Source of the DNA: Octopus sinensis
Lineage: Eukaryota
Reading direction: 5' to 3'
DNA: 64,000 nt
Assembly (NCBI RefSeq): GCF_006345805.1
Contig: NC_043008.1
Location: 35,898,001 to 35,962,000 of the forward strand
The notes beneath the pieces were generated by a model. That model did not search any database. It saw only the letters and a list, made by a program, of their open reading frames with translations, and was not told where the DNA came from. Position numbers and translations under genes: made by a program. Below are positions 35,701-49,400 of the stretch, piece after piece (positions within the stretch are counted from its first letter, which is position 1; every line of letters begins with the position of its first letter).

Positions 35701-38700
35701 AATGTGATAGGTGCAGTTAAAACACTGACAATTTATTAGTCTTTAAAAATTGATTTCAAAAACACTGGTACATGGTCACATGTTAGGGGTTAGACTGAGT
35801 GGGGTATAGTTGATTGATTCAAACTCAGTACTTGATCAATACTTAATTTTATTGACCCAGGAGGGATGAAAGGTGAATTAACATTGGCGAGATTTGAACT
35901 AGGAAAATAAAATAACAAAATACCAAAAGGCATTTGTGTATCACACAACCCTTTATCATTTAAACTGGTCAGATCCAGCCAAAATTTTCTTCAAATAACT
36001 AGACCTGGCCTCTCACACCTACCCTACAATGTCAATCTAAAAATGACCAATCACATCATCAAAGTCTTCTAGCTATGACATAATGCACGATCAATTCAAA
36101 GCAATGTGAATAAATAAGCATTACATTTGACAGAGTAATCTAAATAATAAAGGGTTAACTGAATGCATGAATATTTTCATCTTCAAGGATAAGGGCCATG
36201 AGTGTTGAACAGACCCTGCTTCACCACAGACTGTTGTCTCATGTTGCAGCCATACACTCTGCCAGGGGTCTCCCCTTTCAGTCCCTGATATCATCACTTT
36301 GTCCTCATCTCTGTCACAGGCAAACCTGTTTTCCATTCACCCAGCCGCTGAGGATGTGAGCGCAGCAGCTCTGAGCTCTGATAATATGACTAAAATAAGG
36401 CAGTTTTCATAGACTGATCTTTGTTACCAGATTTGTTGTTCACTTCCATCTCTTTCAATGGGTCACCCAACTGGTCTGTGCACTTGCCTGGAGTGCATTG
36501 TCTTAAACATCCTCAATCAATCTACTAGTCTCTAATTATTAAAGCAATTAACTTTAAAATCATGTGAACATTTCTACAGGGGTTCATCTGTTAATTATTA
36601 CTGCCAAATTCAGGCATTTTTCACCGTGGAATAGTACTAATATCAATAATGAAAAGATACTTTTTAAAATCTTTCATGTCTCTCAAATCTCATAAAGTTT
36701 CTTAATCAAAGTTTCAATAATTACAAATGCAATTTATCTTCAAAATATTTTATATTGAAAAGTAATTCAAAAGAATTAAAAGACAATAAAACACAGAAAG
36801 AAAAATACTGCAATTTCTTCTTTTTTCCTTTTTGTGTTTTAAAGAAAACTCAAAACATGAAATATTTCTTTTAGAAACATTAAACGATAAAGAAAAGAAA
36901 TAAGTTATCCAAACATAAAGTGAAGAAATATGAGAAGAAAATTGAAGAAAACATAGAATAATCAACATGAAGGAATAGATTGTAAATTAAAGCCTGTCTA
37001 AGTAAAATGGCAGGAGAAGAAATTCTGGAACAACAAAGAGAAAAAAAAAAACCAATACAATCTCTTTCACCTGATAATTCTTCAGTAGTGCTTTTACTTC
37101 TGATCTTCCAGCATATACTGGAGCGAGAGTGTTTGGAATCTTTAGTCTTACTGGAATTATTAGTGTTATGCTGCTGCTGAGCCTGTTCTGCTGAGGAAAG
37201 GGCTCCATATAGGGTCTTGGCATCTTCTTGAGTCATAGAGCTATAACCTCTATCTGATGCTCCCCCTGAAACCATCAGAATACATTCTCAGCATGGAGAG
37301 AGAAGGATTTAGAATAGCATAGGGCATGCAGAGTATAGCAGCAGCTGTTTTGAAACAGCACATGGGCATGCATTAACATACTAACATATATAAATGCTTG
37401 AAGGAAAGATATGGATTACAAACAACTTCATTTCAAGGCAGGCATCCTTGAGTTGCCCAATATTATAATAAATACCATAAATGAATAATGAATATGACAG
37501 AGCAAGATTATAAACAAGTGTCGCTGTGAACCAATATTACAACAAATGTAATAATGAATCAATGCTGTAATAAAGATAATAAAATCAATATAACAAAGAC
37601 TTGATACTTTACAACAAATATAAATATCAATATTACAATAACTAATCAATATATCAAGATGTTGTGGTGGCATGGAATATTTTTATGAATTGTTATAACA
37701 TATCAGTAATATAAGAACTCATTTTCTAAATGTATCCCAAGTTTAAAAAAACGTTAAATACCAAACAAATATTGCTGTAAGAATATTTATAAATCTTGTT
37801 AATTACCAATTCACTTCTACAAAATAAATAAAATTGTTTTGGATTTTTATTATGCCATACTGCAATAAACCAAGTAACATTTAGCAGAGATGTTGAAATA
37901 AGGTACTGGACCACCTGGTGTATATATCAGGTGTTTCATCATATTTTGGAACAGAACACTATTTTACCTTGCTGCAATTCACCTGTCTGGAAGTGGCATC
38001 TGATAAACAGGATAGGTTCTTGTAAGACATTGATGACATAGCCAAGGGGAGATTACTATTTCTCATCCAATTAAAACTGACAATTCTTAAAATCTACTTG
38101 ACGTTCACAATGTATTTACATTTATATTTGTATTTGGTATTAAGGAAGAGCATCCAGCCTTAGAAACCAAGCCAAAGAAGACAGCAGAGCTTCGCACACT
38201 CCTCTTGGCTTACCAGCTTCTATCAAACCATCCAGTTGATGCCAGCACAGGAAATGGATGTTAAATGATAACAAATAAATATTTTAAGAGCCAGTGTGAA
38301 TAACAAAGAGGAACAGGTTACATGACAGGGTTGAACCCATATATTTATTATTACATGCCAGCTGACTGTGTTGCTGATTACATTACAGAGGGCCAGCTAG
38401 TCCTCTTCTTTGTATCCATTCCAATTTTAACTATGCTATTCTACTGACAATACATAGTTTCTGTCTTGTCAATGGAGCCTGTTGTTATTTTCTCTCTCAC
38501 ATCGTTGCTTAGAATTTTTAATATCATTTATACTAAGATCAGGGTAACTATTTCACCAACATGTCTTATTTCTACTGATTTATAGACAATCAGACAGTTG
38601 GAGATTCAAACCATTACTAGTTTCCTTGAATTCTAGTGTTTATATTTGATATAATTGGCATGGAGGTGTGATTAAGAATTTTGATTTACAACCAAGTGGT

Positions 38701-41700
38701 CAGGAGTTCCATCCCACTAAGTTGCACCTTGGACAAGAGCTTTCAACTAAGGCCTTCAATCAACCAATGACTTGCGAATACAATCTAGTAGAAAAAAACT
38801 ATAAGTAAGTCTGTTGTATGTGTGTATGTATATTTCTCTGTGTCTTCCATACTGTCACCATGTGAGTATAAATGGTGAGTGTTTATTAAAAAGAAGTTTC
38901 TTTTTTGAGGAACTTAGAAGTTTCCTTCCTAGAGGAAACTGGTAAAAATGTGAAGAAAAAAAATCTTTAAACTTACAAAATAGATGCAGGCATGGCTGTG
39001 TAGTAAGAAGTTTGCTTTTTAACCATTGTTCTTGGTTCAGTCCCACTGCGTGGCACTTAGGGCAAATGTCTCCTACTACAACCCTGGGCCAGCTATAGCC
39101 TTGTGAGTGGATATGGTAGATGGAAACCGAAAGAAGACCATTGTAAATAAATGCATCTATGTGTGTCTCTTTGGTGTTTGCCCCACATCACTGCATGACA
39201 AACAGTGTTGGTTTGTTAATGCTCCTATAACTTAGCGATAGGATAAGTACCAGACTTTAAAAAAAATATTAGTGTTGATTCGTTTGACTAAAAACTCAAG
39301 GCAGTGCTCCAGCATAGCTGCAGTCAAATGACAAAAACAAGTAAAAGACAAAAGATAAAAAAAACATAGAAAAAGAATTTAGTGAAACATCTCTGTTTCC
39401 CTTACCTGTACTCATTCTTTCTTCATTGGCTACTTTATTAGAACAAGTCACAACCATATCAGAACCAAGATCTGCTTTGGCAATAATTCTATTACCCGTG
39501 GTGCCACCACTGTTAGCATCAGTGCTACTGACTGCAGCCTCATCTATGCAGCTGTCATTGCTGGTGTGGCTGACTTGGTCGTAATCACTTTCAGAGTTAT
39601 AGCAGTAAGCTGTGCTACTTCGTTGGTGCAACAAACCCTTTCGCAACTGTGCAATAGCTGTAATCACATTACGCAATTTCTTCCATAGCAGTAAACCATT
39701 CTTGGTATCACTTGGCCATTTGCTCTCAAGGACAGCCTAAATTAAAATAATAATAATAATAATAATTTCTAAGACAGATACAAAGCTAGAAATTTAAGTA
39801 CAAGCAATAATTAATTATATCAACCCCAATACATAGCTGGTATTTGTTTTATCATTCTTAAACGCATAAAAAGCAAAGTTGACCATGGCTGGATTGAATT
39901 TAAAATTAAATCCCCCAAATATTTTTGTCCAGTGTTCTTCAGATTTTGCTATCTACCCACCTTGAATAATAATATGATTTCTTATACAGGCTCAGGGTAA
40001 TAAATTTGTTGGTTAATGATGACCTCAAGTTAATTAACACCAATACATGAGTGGTAGTTGTTTTATTAATTGTGGCAATAGCATGAATCTAAGCAAATCA
40101 AAATAATGGTTGATACATGGCCATGTTGTGAGAGAAATAGAGACAGTGGAATTTATTTTCAGTATGTTAGTAGAATTTCTTTTATTGACCTCAGAGAAAT
40201 GAAAGGAAAAGTGAATACCAGTAAGATTTGAACTTGAAATGAAATGTAACTAAACAGTAAAGCTAATCTTATCCAGACCATGACCATCACCAACATCCAT
40301 GCCTCTACTGTTGCTGACATCTAGACCTCTATATTTTCTGACACCAAACACACTGCAACAATTATTTTGCCAAACACTACTATATCTGCCATTACCTACA
40401 ACAATAACCATGATTTCTAATACAGACACAATGGCACATTTTGGGCGGGAAGGTATTGAGGCTAATAACAAACCCACCATTCAATTGAGACTTTATTTTA
40501 TGATTCTTAAAGTTGAAAAGCAAAGTCAACCAACAACATTTGAACCTAGAACTTAAAGGAATCTAGGTAAATATTACAAAATATTTTGACTGCTGCATTA
40601 ATAACAACTGTTTCTAATTTAGGTGCAAGGACAGCAATTTTTAAAGGAGGGAGTTAGCTGATTACATTGACAAGTACTAAACCGATACTTTATTTTATTG
40701 AACCTGGAGAGATGAAAGGCAAAGTTGACTACAATGAAGTTTGAGTACAGAATGTAAAAAGCCAGAACAAATACTGCAAGGAATATTTTCTGACACAAGT
40801 GACTCTGCCAATCTGTTGCCCTCAATGACAATAACGGTAAAAAAAAAAGAAAGGCTACTAAATATGGTTTGGAATTTCTACTGCTTCATCGCCCATGATG
40901 ATGATGACAGTAACAATGAGATAAGATGATCAGGGTAATCAGCATGTATTAGCAAAGGGGATGAAAATAATAATCACATGAAATTTGAATACAAAAAGGA
41001 CAACTATAATGTAATGTAGCAATGCTCTAAAGACTTATGAGAGAAAAAAAAAGGGAAAATCAAAATCATTTGAATTTGCAGACTTATGTGCCTTTTACTC
41101 ATATATGCTGACACCAGCAAAGAATATAAAAAAAGGTTTCCAAGCAAAGGAACATAATTTCTCTAGTTCTAGTGTTGCAAATTCATGTGCCTTGTTTATA
41201 CTTTTAGAGCAGTTGATAAAGGGAAGAAAAACTTCTCTGCCTTAGGTTTTCAGAAGATGAAACAGCAAGCGGTAAATAGAAAAAAAAAACCAAAAAATTT
41301 TTGGTTACCATATTTCTGGTGAAACAGTTTCTTTGTTTCAATTAAATTTGAAAATAATGAAGTGTTTAGAAAAATAACTTTGTCACAAAATTAAGTTGGC
41401 ACTTGGAAAATCAATTAACATGAAAGTCTGATAGGAAGTTTTAATTTACATCACTTTAGAAAGAAAAAAATTGTACGATAGAACTAAGGACAGTGTTGGG
41501 CAGGTTGGTATGGAAAGGGTTAAAGTGAATAAAAAACAAAGTGATACTGACCTTGTTGTAATATCCATAAGTAATGGCATTTGGCTGGACACCTACACGT
41601 TTCATTTCACAAAGTACCATAACAGCAAGAGTGGGCTCGTTATACTGACCACACAGCTGTAGTACTACTCGATAACAAACCTGCAAATATTAGGTTCACA

Positions 41701-43385
41701 TTATTTGGTGGTAATGCTGATAAAATCAACAAACAAATGTCATTTCTAGTTTGGAAATTATATTAAATGTATTGTAATGAGAATAAAAAGCATTTTGAAA
41801 ACTAAAAAGACAAATATCATCTTCAATTTCTTTGATAAAATTAATTCCACAAGTATTTCACAGTGAAAACAATTGCCTCAGGAAAAGCTACTATATTTAT
41901 TATGCCTTACATTGATAAATAAAGGTAAAGCTAGATCTTCCCACCACAAAACTTGACTACAATCACAACAGAAAATTGTTGTTATAAAGGTTACCAAATG
42001 TTTTCAATGACAAGAAGCCATTTTAACGTGGGAAAATTTGAGTTAAAATAAATAGTTTTTATTTTCAACATAAGAGAAAAATCAGCATACATTTAAAAAT
42101 TTATTTCATAAAGAGGAGGAAGAGAAAAAAACAAAAAAAAAATATTTAAATATGTAAGATTAAAAAGTAATTTTAGTTCTTTCAAGAAATGTTTAGAAAA
42201 AACATTAACACACTTACTTCATCAGGACGGATATCTTTTATTGTATTCATCTTTTGCAAGATGTCGTAAGCTAGTCTAAGGGCTCTCGGCTTTGACTGGC
42301 TGAGCTTCACAAATGCAGGTAAATGAATAAACCACAAACAATAACAATGTCCAAGTAGACATTTCGCCCATAAATCAGGAGATCCAACTTGCTGCTGGGC
42401 AATCTGGATGAAGAAAACAACTGAATTTTATGCAGGTTCACGATAAAATAATATACAGGAAAAAAAATTGTAAAACGTTTATCCAAAAGTGGAATTCTCT
42501 GGAAGGACAAACTATTGAAATTAATTTTAAAAACACATTTCTGTTTTCTTTAATTGCATCTCATCCTATATTCACATGCATAATGTTTCCAAATAAGTTA
42601 ACCAATAAACTAAAACTTATCAAGACAGCCTGGTAGATTAAAGAACATGAGAAACGTATTAAAATGGTTGCTTTAATTGCAAGTGTCTTTTTCATTAAAC
42701 AAAGCAAACCTTAATGTGTATCAAGTCTCCATGTTCATATTGTCTCTAAAAGTGCACTAACAAGACATCATTAGAATTCCATTTCATGTATGCATGGACA
42801 TGCATACACACACACATCCACAAAACAGATAAAAAAGGCAGTGCTTTGTTTTGTGTCTTTTGAAGATTGTTCTTGCTTAATTAGGGACCCAAACAGGGCT
42901 GGCATATTCCATGAGGTTTGTAATGTTTCTTGGGCCAAAAGCAGTAACACTAAGTGCACTATGTCTCTGCATAGTTTTGCTTTCTTTGTCAAGTTTTGGG
43001 AATGTTCTAGGACTCATGTTGTATGTAACCTTTAGTAATTTTGTCTTTTGTAGGTATAATACTCTTATATAGAGGAAGCCACATATCTCCTCTACAGCAA
43101 GAAACCTGTTACTGCCCTTTCGTTTATACTTTAACCTTTCAACTCCCTCACTAAAGTTGAGAGGGCTCTTTAGTCTTGTGAATTACAGGACAACCTTACT
43201 AGGGTTGGTGCCCTCACGCACACAAAACCCCCCCGCAAAAACAGTATATTCTGTGAAGTGGTTAGCATGAGGAAGAGAAGCCAACTGTAGAAACCACAAC
43301 AAAGTATACATTGGAACACAATACTATCCTCCAACCTGTTTTGATACTGCAGCATAGAAAACAGACATTAAATGATGAAGATGAT

Positions 43386-43428
<43 letters not shown>

Positions 43429-46400
43429 ATAAATGGGATGAAAATATTCTTTACCTTCTGTGCCATGCGCACTTCTTGCTTGGTACGTTTTGCAATCGGA
43501 CTGTTTGGACAGGCAGACTGTTTACCAGCTAAAGACGAAGTGCTAGCTTTCTTTAACAGAAACAACTCTGGCTTCAACTCTGGAAATCCATTGTAACTAC
43601 AAAAGAATAAAATGAACATTTTTATTTTTTTGTTTCCAAATATGAACATAAAAATTGAACAGAGAAAAAAATCTATTGTCCACATATAAATTCACCTACC
43701 TCATCCCAATGAACCAAACTACAGTTCTTCATGCTCTGTGCCTGCTTGAATGTCTGTCTGTCTCTCCCATACACACTCCTGTAGCTCAATGTTACTCTGT
43801 TATTTCTCTCTCCTATCCTAATCACTACCAACTACATCATTGCTATCCCGTTGCTCCCCTATATATACCTGTGTTTCACCCCTCACTACATTCCCCTTTC
43901 TCTCTCCCTTTATACTCCCAGCTTATTCATTCTGTTCAGTCCTCTACCACTCCATTTACTTTTACCTCTTTGTAACTTGAGGTTACACCCTGGCATGTCA
44001 CAACCATCTTTCTCATTCTCTCTCTCCTCTGACTCCAGTAACCATGCATCTTCTCTTCCACATGACACCTGTTTCTGATCCTCTCTCATTGTTTTACCTC
44101 ACGTCACTTAGCACAAAATTACCTCCCTTGATACCACTCTCACCTCTCACTTGAGGGGCTTTTGGTTTGCAAGTTACTCGGTGACCTCAGTGGTGCTTGT
44201 GCTATGTAAAAAGCACCCAGTACACTCTATAAAGGGGTCAGTGTTATGAAGAGCAACCAGCCTTAGAAACCATACCAAAGCAGTCAGTAGAGTTTGACAC
44301 AGTCCCCTGGTTTGCCTGATCTTGTCAAACTGTTCAACCCAAGCCAGCATGGAAAACCAGATATTAAACATTGATGACATAAACAATGAATAAAATCAAA
44401 GGATTAGGGACAATGCTGTACGCAATCAATCGCTAATCTAATGAAATCTCCTTTAAAGTTAAAGGAAAGAAAAGACTTGTTAGGCAAGGATGCTGGTGTG
44501 TAGTTGTGCTCAAAATTGAGCAACAGCCCTTATTTGTCAGATAATCATGCATCTTAATGGAAGAACAAAAAAGACATGAGGAAAAGGGAGTCTGGATCTC
44601 AGATTGTTAGGCCTCATAAACCTAACACAGGATGAAGTAGCGATAATAAGATGTATTTGCAGATCTATTCAATGAATGTCAGCAGAGAAGAAATTAACAT
44701 AACATTATATGCTGTTTGTTGCTGCTGATATTGGTTAACAATTCAGAAGTTGTTCCATATTGTGTGTATGATAATAAAGAGAAAGCTAATTTTACCTGTA
44801 TGTGGCCCCTTCTGGCAGTCCAGATGGCTCAGGTGGCAAAATAAACACAGTTCTTTCACTAGAAAACAAAACAAACATTAATTAGATTTATATTTACAGA
44901 GAAATTGATTTAGAAATTCAAATTACAGAAATTTTATCTTTAATGATGAGGTAATTTCACAACACATTTTATCAATGGTAATAAACTTACGTCCAGAAGT
45001 TAATAGCACAAATTGTCTTTGTGAGTGTGTGAAAGCAAGGAGGAGGAAGCAGTTGGTGACTGAGATGAGGTAATTAAGCAATATCATTTAAAAATCAACC
45101 TTAATCTTACCCATTGCTATGATGGTTAAGTTCTTCCTATTTCAGTTGGTTAAGTGAAAAAAAAAACATAACAGAAAAGAAAAGACTTTAACTATCAAAG
45201 ACCCCAATATTGAAACCGACACAGAACACATACACTGATGATAAAATGGCAACTGTGATGTGAGGGCAACAATCATTTTTGAAGACAGTGTTCATAGAGA
45301 TTACAAAAACAGAAATAAACTCAGCTGTTACGGTTCATTATTATTCACATTTTCATGGTGGCGAGCTGTTAGAAACGTCAGCACACTGGACAAAATTCTG
45401 CTAAGCATTTTGACTCATTAAGTTCTGAGTTCAAATTTTGCTGGGGTCAACTTTACCTTTCAGGGTTGATAAAATAAGTACCAGTCAAGTACTTCCCCCA
45501 ACATTTCAGGCCTATTGTAAAAAGGACTTATTTACATTTTTCTTATTGGGAAAATGCTGAATATTTTATCAAAATTTAAATATCTACTGTCACCGTGGAA
45601 AAAAATTGTGTCTGTATACTATTTGTAATATTAAACAGTGATTTAAGGAAAAAGATGTGTAACTCTGTTTTCAATTAACTATCTGCAGCTAAGAAATTGC
45701 AGGTGTGGCTCAAAGCAATAAGGCATTTCATGGTGAAGCAAGAAGTCAGCAGTTGCACTGTCTGTGGTCAAAATAATTTAATCATCATCACTAATCCTTG
45801 GATTGGATGATTCAACAGGATCCAGCAGGCTGGAGGACTATGTTGTGCTCCAACCAGTGCTTTGGCATGATTTCTACAGCTGGATGCCCTTGGTATTTTT
45901 CATGTCACTAGCACTCATAAGGGTGCCATCCAACTCACAAGACCAGAAGAGCCCCTTAAATTGGATGGGCGATAATTCAATGCTAGGTGTTGAGATATTA
46001 AAGTATGTAGCAAGCAATGAAGATCACTGTAAAATTGACAAGCGATTTGTTGTCTTGTGTGGCAGAGTTCATCAACAACTCCCAGAGACAAAAAAAAGAA
46101 AAGGTACCTAAAATAAAGTTGTGACCTATCCACAGAATCCAAAAGATAAGTTCTTGCTAAGTATATCAATGTGAACCATGAAGAACAGACATTGTTTGAT
46201 GAAGTTGAGTAATGAAATCAAGCAAAAAAGTGCAATGCAAGAATTTTGAAGTCTTTTGGAGTCACATATATCTGAAACACGCGAACACTTTGTTACCTAA
46301 TTAAATTTTTTATGTTTATAGATCTCACTTCATTTTTTCGCATCAATTTTGACCAATCAAAATACACAATATGGAAAGTAAAAATTAAGTTTAAAATATC

Positions 46401-49400
46401 TCCATGATAATGAAACGAAAATAAGTAATCAAAAAATATTTTAGCTATTTTTCTGAATTTCAAAAAATAAACAAAACATTTCAAAACTACCTTTTATGAC
46501 TGTCATCAAAGTCTATGAGTTGTGGCTCATCTTTTGTGTCTTCCACCTGTAAAGCAGAAATGAAATAGGACTGTTTTACTATTATTCAGGTTGGATTCTT
46601 AAAAAACCTAATACTGTTGGTAAGTCAGAGAGGTCTACAATATGGTATATATATATATATATATCACGGTACATATTGATATTGTAGTATATATTATTTC
46701 TATCAGGCAAAAATAACATTTTTGCCTGATAGCAAAAGAGAGCAGAGTGGCAAAATAAATTCTTTAGAGAATTTCTTCTTTTTTCTCAGTCGACTTTGCC
46801 TTTAAATTTAGTTCACCAGTAAAGCAAACTGGAGTAAGTATAGTTATGTACTTTATCCAGTGGGGTAGGTAGAGTAATAGAATGGCTGGAGGCAGGCAGA
46901 GTAAGATTTAAACTCATATCTCTGTGTTCAAGAAAAGATTTGAAAAAGTGCATTAGCTGAGGGCACTTTGTCACTGAATTTAGAATAAAGTGATAAAAAC
47001 ACAGAACAGGAAGTTAGAAGTCAGGGTGGTTATGTACCAGGGAACAAATTTTTAACACTTGATAGCAGATTCAACAGGTATAGGCATGCCTGTGTGATTA
47101 AAAAATGTGCTTCCCAATCATGCAGTCTTGGGTTCAGTCCTACGGTGCAGCACCTTGGGCAAATGTCTTCTACCATATCCCTGGGTCAACCAATGCCTTG
47201 AAAGGGAATTTGATAGACAGAAACTGTATAAAGCCTGTCATGTGTGTGTGAATGTTCACATTATTCAATCATTGAGCTATAGCAACAGTTGTCTGTTGTC
47301 CATACCAACACATTGCCTGGTAGCTCAGCATATTTGAAAATGAGGAATGGAAATTCTCTTCCTTGAAAAATAGTTAAGGGGTAAAACAATAAGCATTAAT
47401 TTAAAATGCTGAAATGGGAAAAGAGAAATAATTCAAATAAATGAGCAACCCAAATGAACACGGAAATAACATAACATTGTTACCTTTTCAGTACATTCAT
47501 CAAAAAAAGCTAAGCTGACATCCTTATCAGATACAAAGGAACGTTCTTCTATAAATCGGATGAAAGTTTGTGTTTTAATTAGTAAGGAGAAGAACTTCAA
47601 GTATGCTTTGTCACGACTCTTCAAAAATCCTGCAAAGGAGAATGAAAATGGTTATTTAGGAACATTCTTTGTTAGAGATAATAATAAAGCAATCATTTAG
47701 ATCAAATTAAAAGTTATTTGTCTGAATATAAAATTGTTATTGCAGAACAGATCCATATCCTGGATATAACCAACTGAATATTTGGGGAGAGCAAACAGGT
47801 CTTGCAATCATGTCTTAGTTATTGGTAATGCTGTATACAATCATTTATGCAGAGTTTGGCAGTGTGATTTTAATAGCGACAGTCAAGGAATATAGCAACG
47901 TTGCATCTCTTTTAATAAACGACATAAATGAGCAAGGACTCAAGTGGTGCGAGAGAGCATCAAATCTTTGAGATTTACAGGAACTGGTTGACAACCCGGC
48001 ATGAAGATTTTCATTAATGGAGCTAATATTATACATTACTGTACACATTCAGCAAAGTATTAATGAGAGATATTTACCTTGCATATCAAACAACGAAGCG
48101 GCTTTTGTAGTGCTGGCTGTAGGCTCCCACATTATTGGTTGCAGAAAAGTCTTGTAGCCTTTCATCAAGCAAGCCATAAAACGTAAAAAGGCCTCCTGTA
48201 TTTGAAGTTCTATCATTGTCTAAAACATAAAAAATGTCAAAAGTAAATAAAATCTGGTTTAGAAATTAACAATAATCCACTGATATACTGCATTGTTTAA
48301 AACATGTAGTTAAGATAAAAACTCATTTAAATACTTTTAGTATTTTTTTTGTTTCTTGTTTAAAAACTAAACCCCTCTCTCACACCAATTCAAAAAGATA
48401 TCTCATGAGCTACTAATAATGATGGTGATTAAAATACAGTAAGGCATGCAAAATAAAGAAAATATTTATAAAAGAATCTACTTTGGATAGGATGAATTTT
48501 CTCTAAGAATATACGTTCAATCTTGATGGAAAATTATCTTGGAGTTGCATGACTGATACCAGAAGTATCACAACTTCAACTTGTCTAAGTCTCAAGTTTT
48601 GATATACTCAAAGACACAAGTTCTCAGGCTACATACAGTCTATGTTCACCTGATTTATAATCTGTTAATAAAAATTTGTCAGTAACTATGTGACAATATT
48701 TGCATAATCAACCATTGTTCATTTAGTATCCTAGTATAAATTGGATGGTGGGGACTTATTTGAGGTAGGATTTCACAGCTGAATGCTTGTCCTGGTACCA
48801 ACTTATATCTGTGTTTCAAATAAGGTTTTAAAAAAAAATTTTTTTTACTTCTTATAGGTCTTCAAAAGTGCAGAGAAATGCCAAATAAGGAAGGTAAACA
48901 TCATATTACTGCTTTGCCCCGGTGTGACAATCAAAGCCACGGAAAATCAATATTTATCCATATTTGTGCACACACAGATATACACAAAAGACCTCCTTGT
49001 GTTCTCCTCCCTCAAAAGACATTGGTCAGTGTAGGGCTGGAGCAGAAGGCACTTGCCTGTGTGTTGTACAATTCTATATAAAAATGTATACGATTTTAAT
49101 TCATTGCATGATTTTAGGACTGGATATAATTGTAAATAAGATGAGGTTGCAAGTGAACTTGATTGCTTTTATGAGTCCTTACTTCTTTTTGTTTAACCTT
49201 GAAATCATAATCAATTGGTGCCAGTTCAAGAGAGACTTCATCTGGTGTTGGTGTTGTGGATGTATGCGCTGACAACTGGTTAAATATTTTGTGGAGTGTA
49301 TCCTGAAGAACTCGAGCAGGCTTCTACAAGAACAATAAATATTAAATGCAAATAATCTCTTTGTAAAAATCTTAACTTCTAAGAAAATTAGTTTCCAGTA

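Noticed and set aside
36987-37024. Strong poly-pyrimidine acceptor just downstream of exon 19
   Set aside because: It is only ~45 nt from the donor and leads to a stop after 12 codons. It cannot be distinguished from chance in T-rich intron sequence.
37967-37998. Possible microexon (atcag|ATGCCACTTCCAGACAG...|gt) between exons 18 and 19
   Set aside because: Lengths of 17 or 32 nt do not preserve the phase 1-1 frame, and there is no supporting homology.
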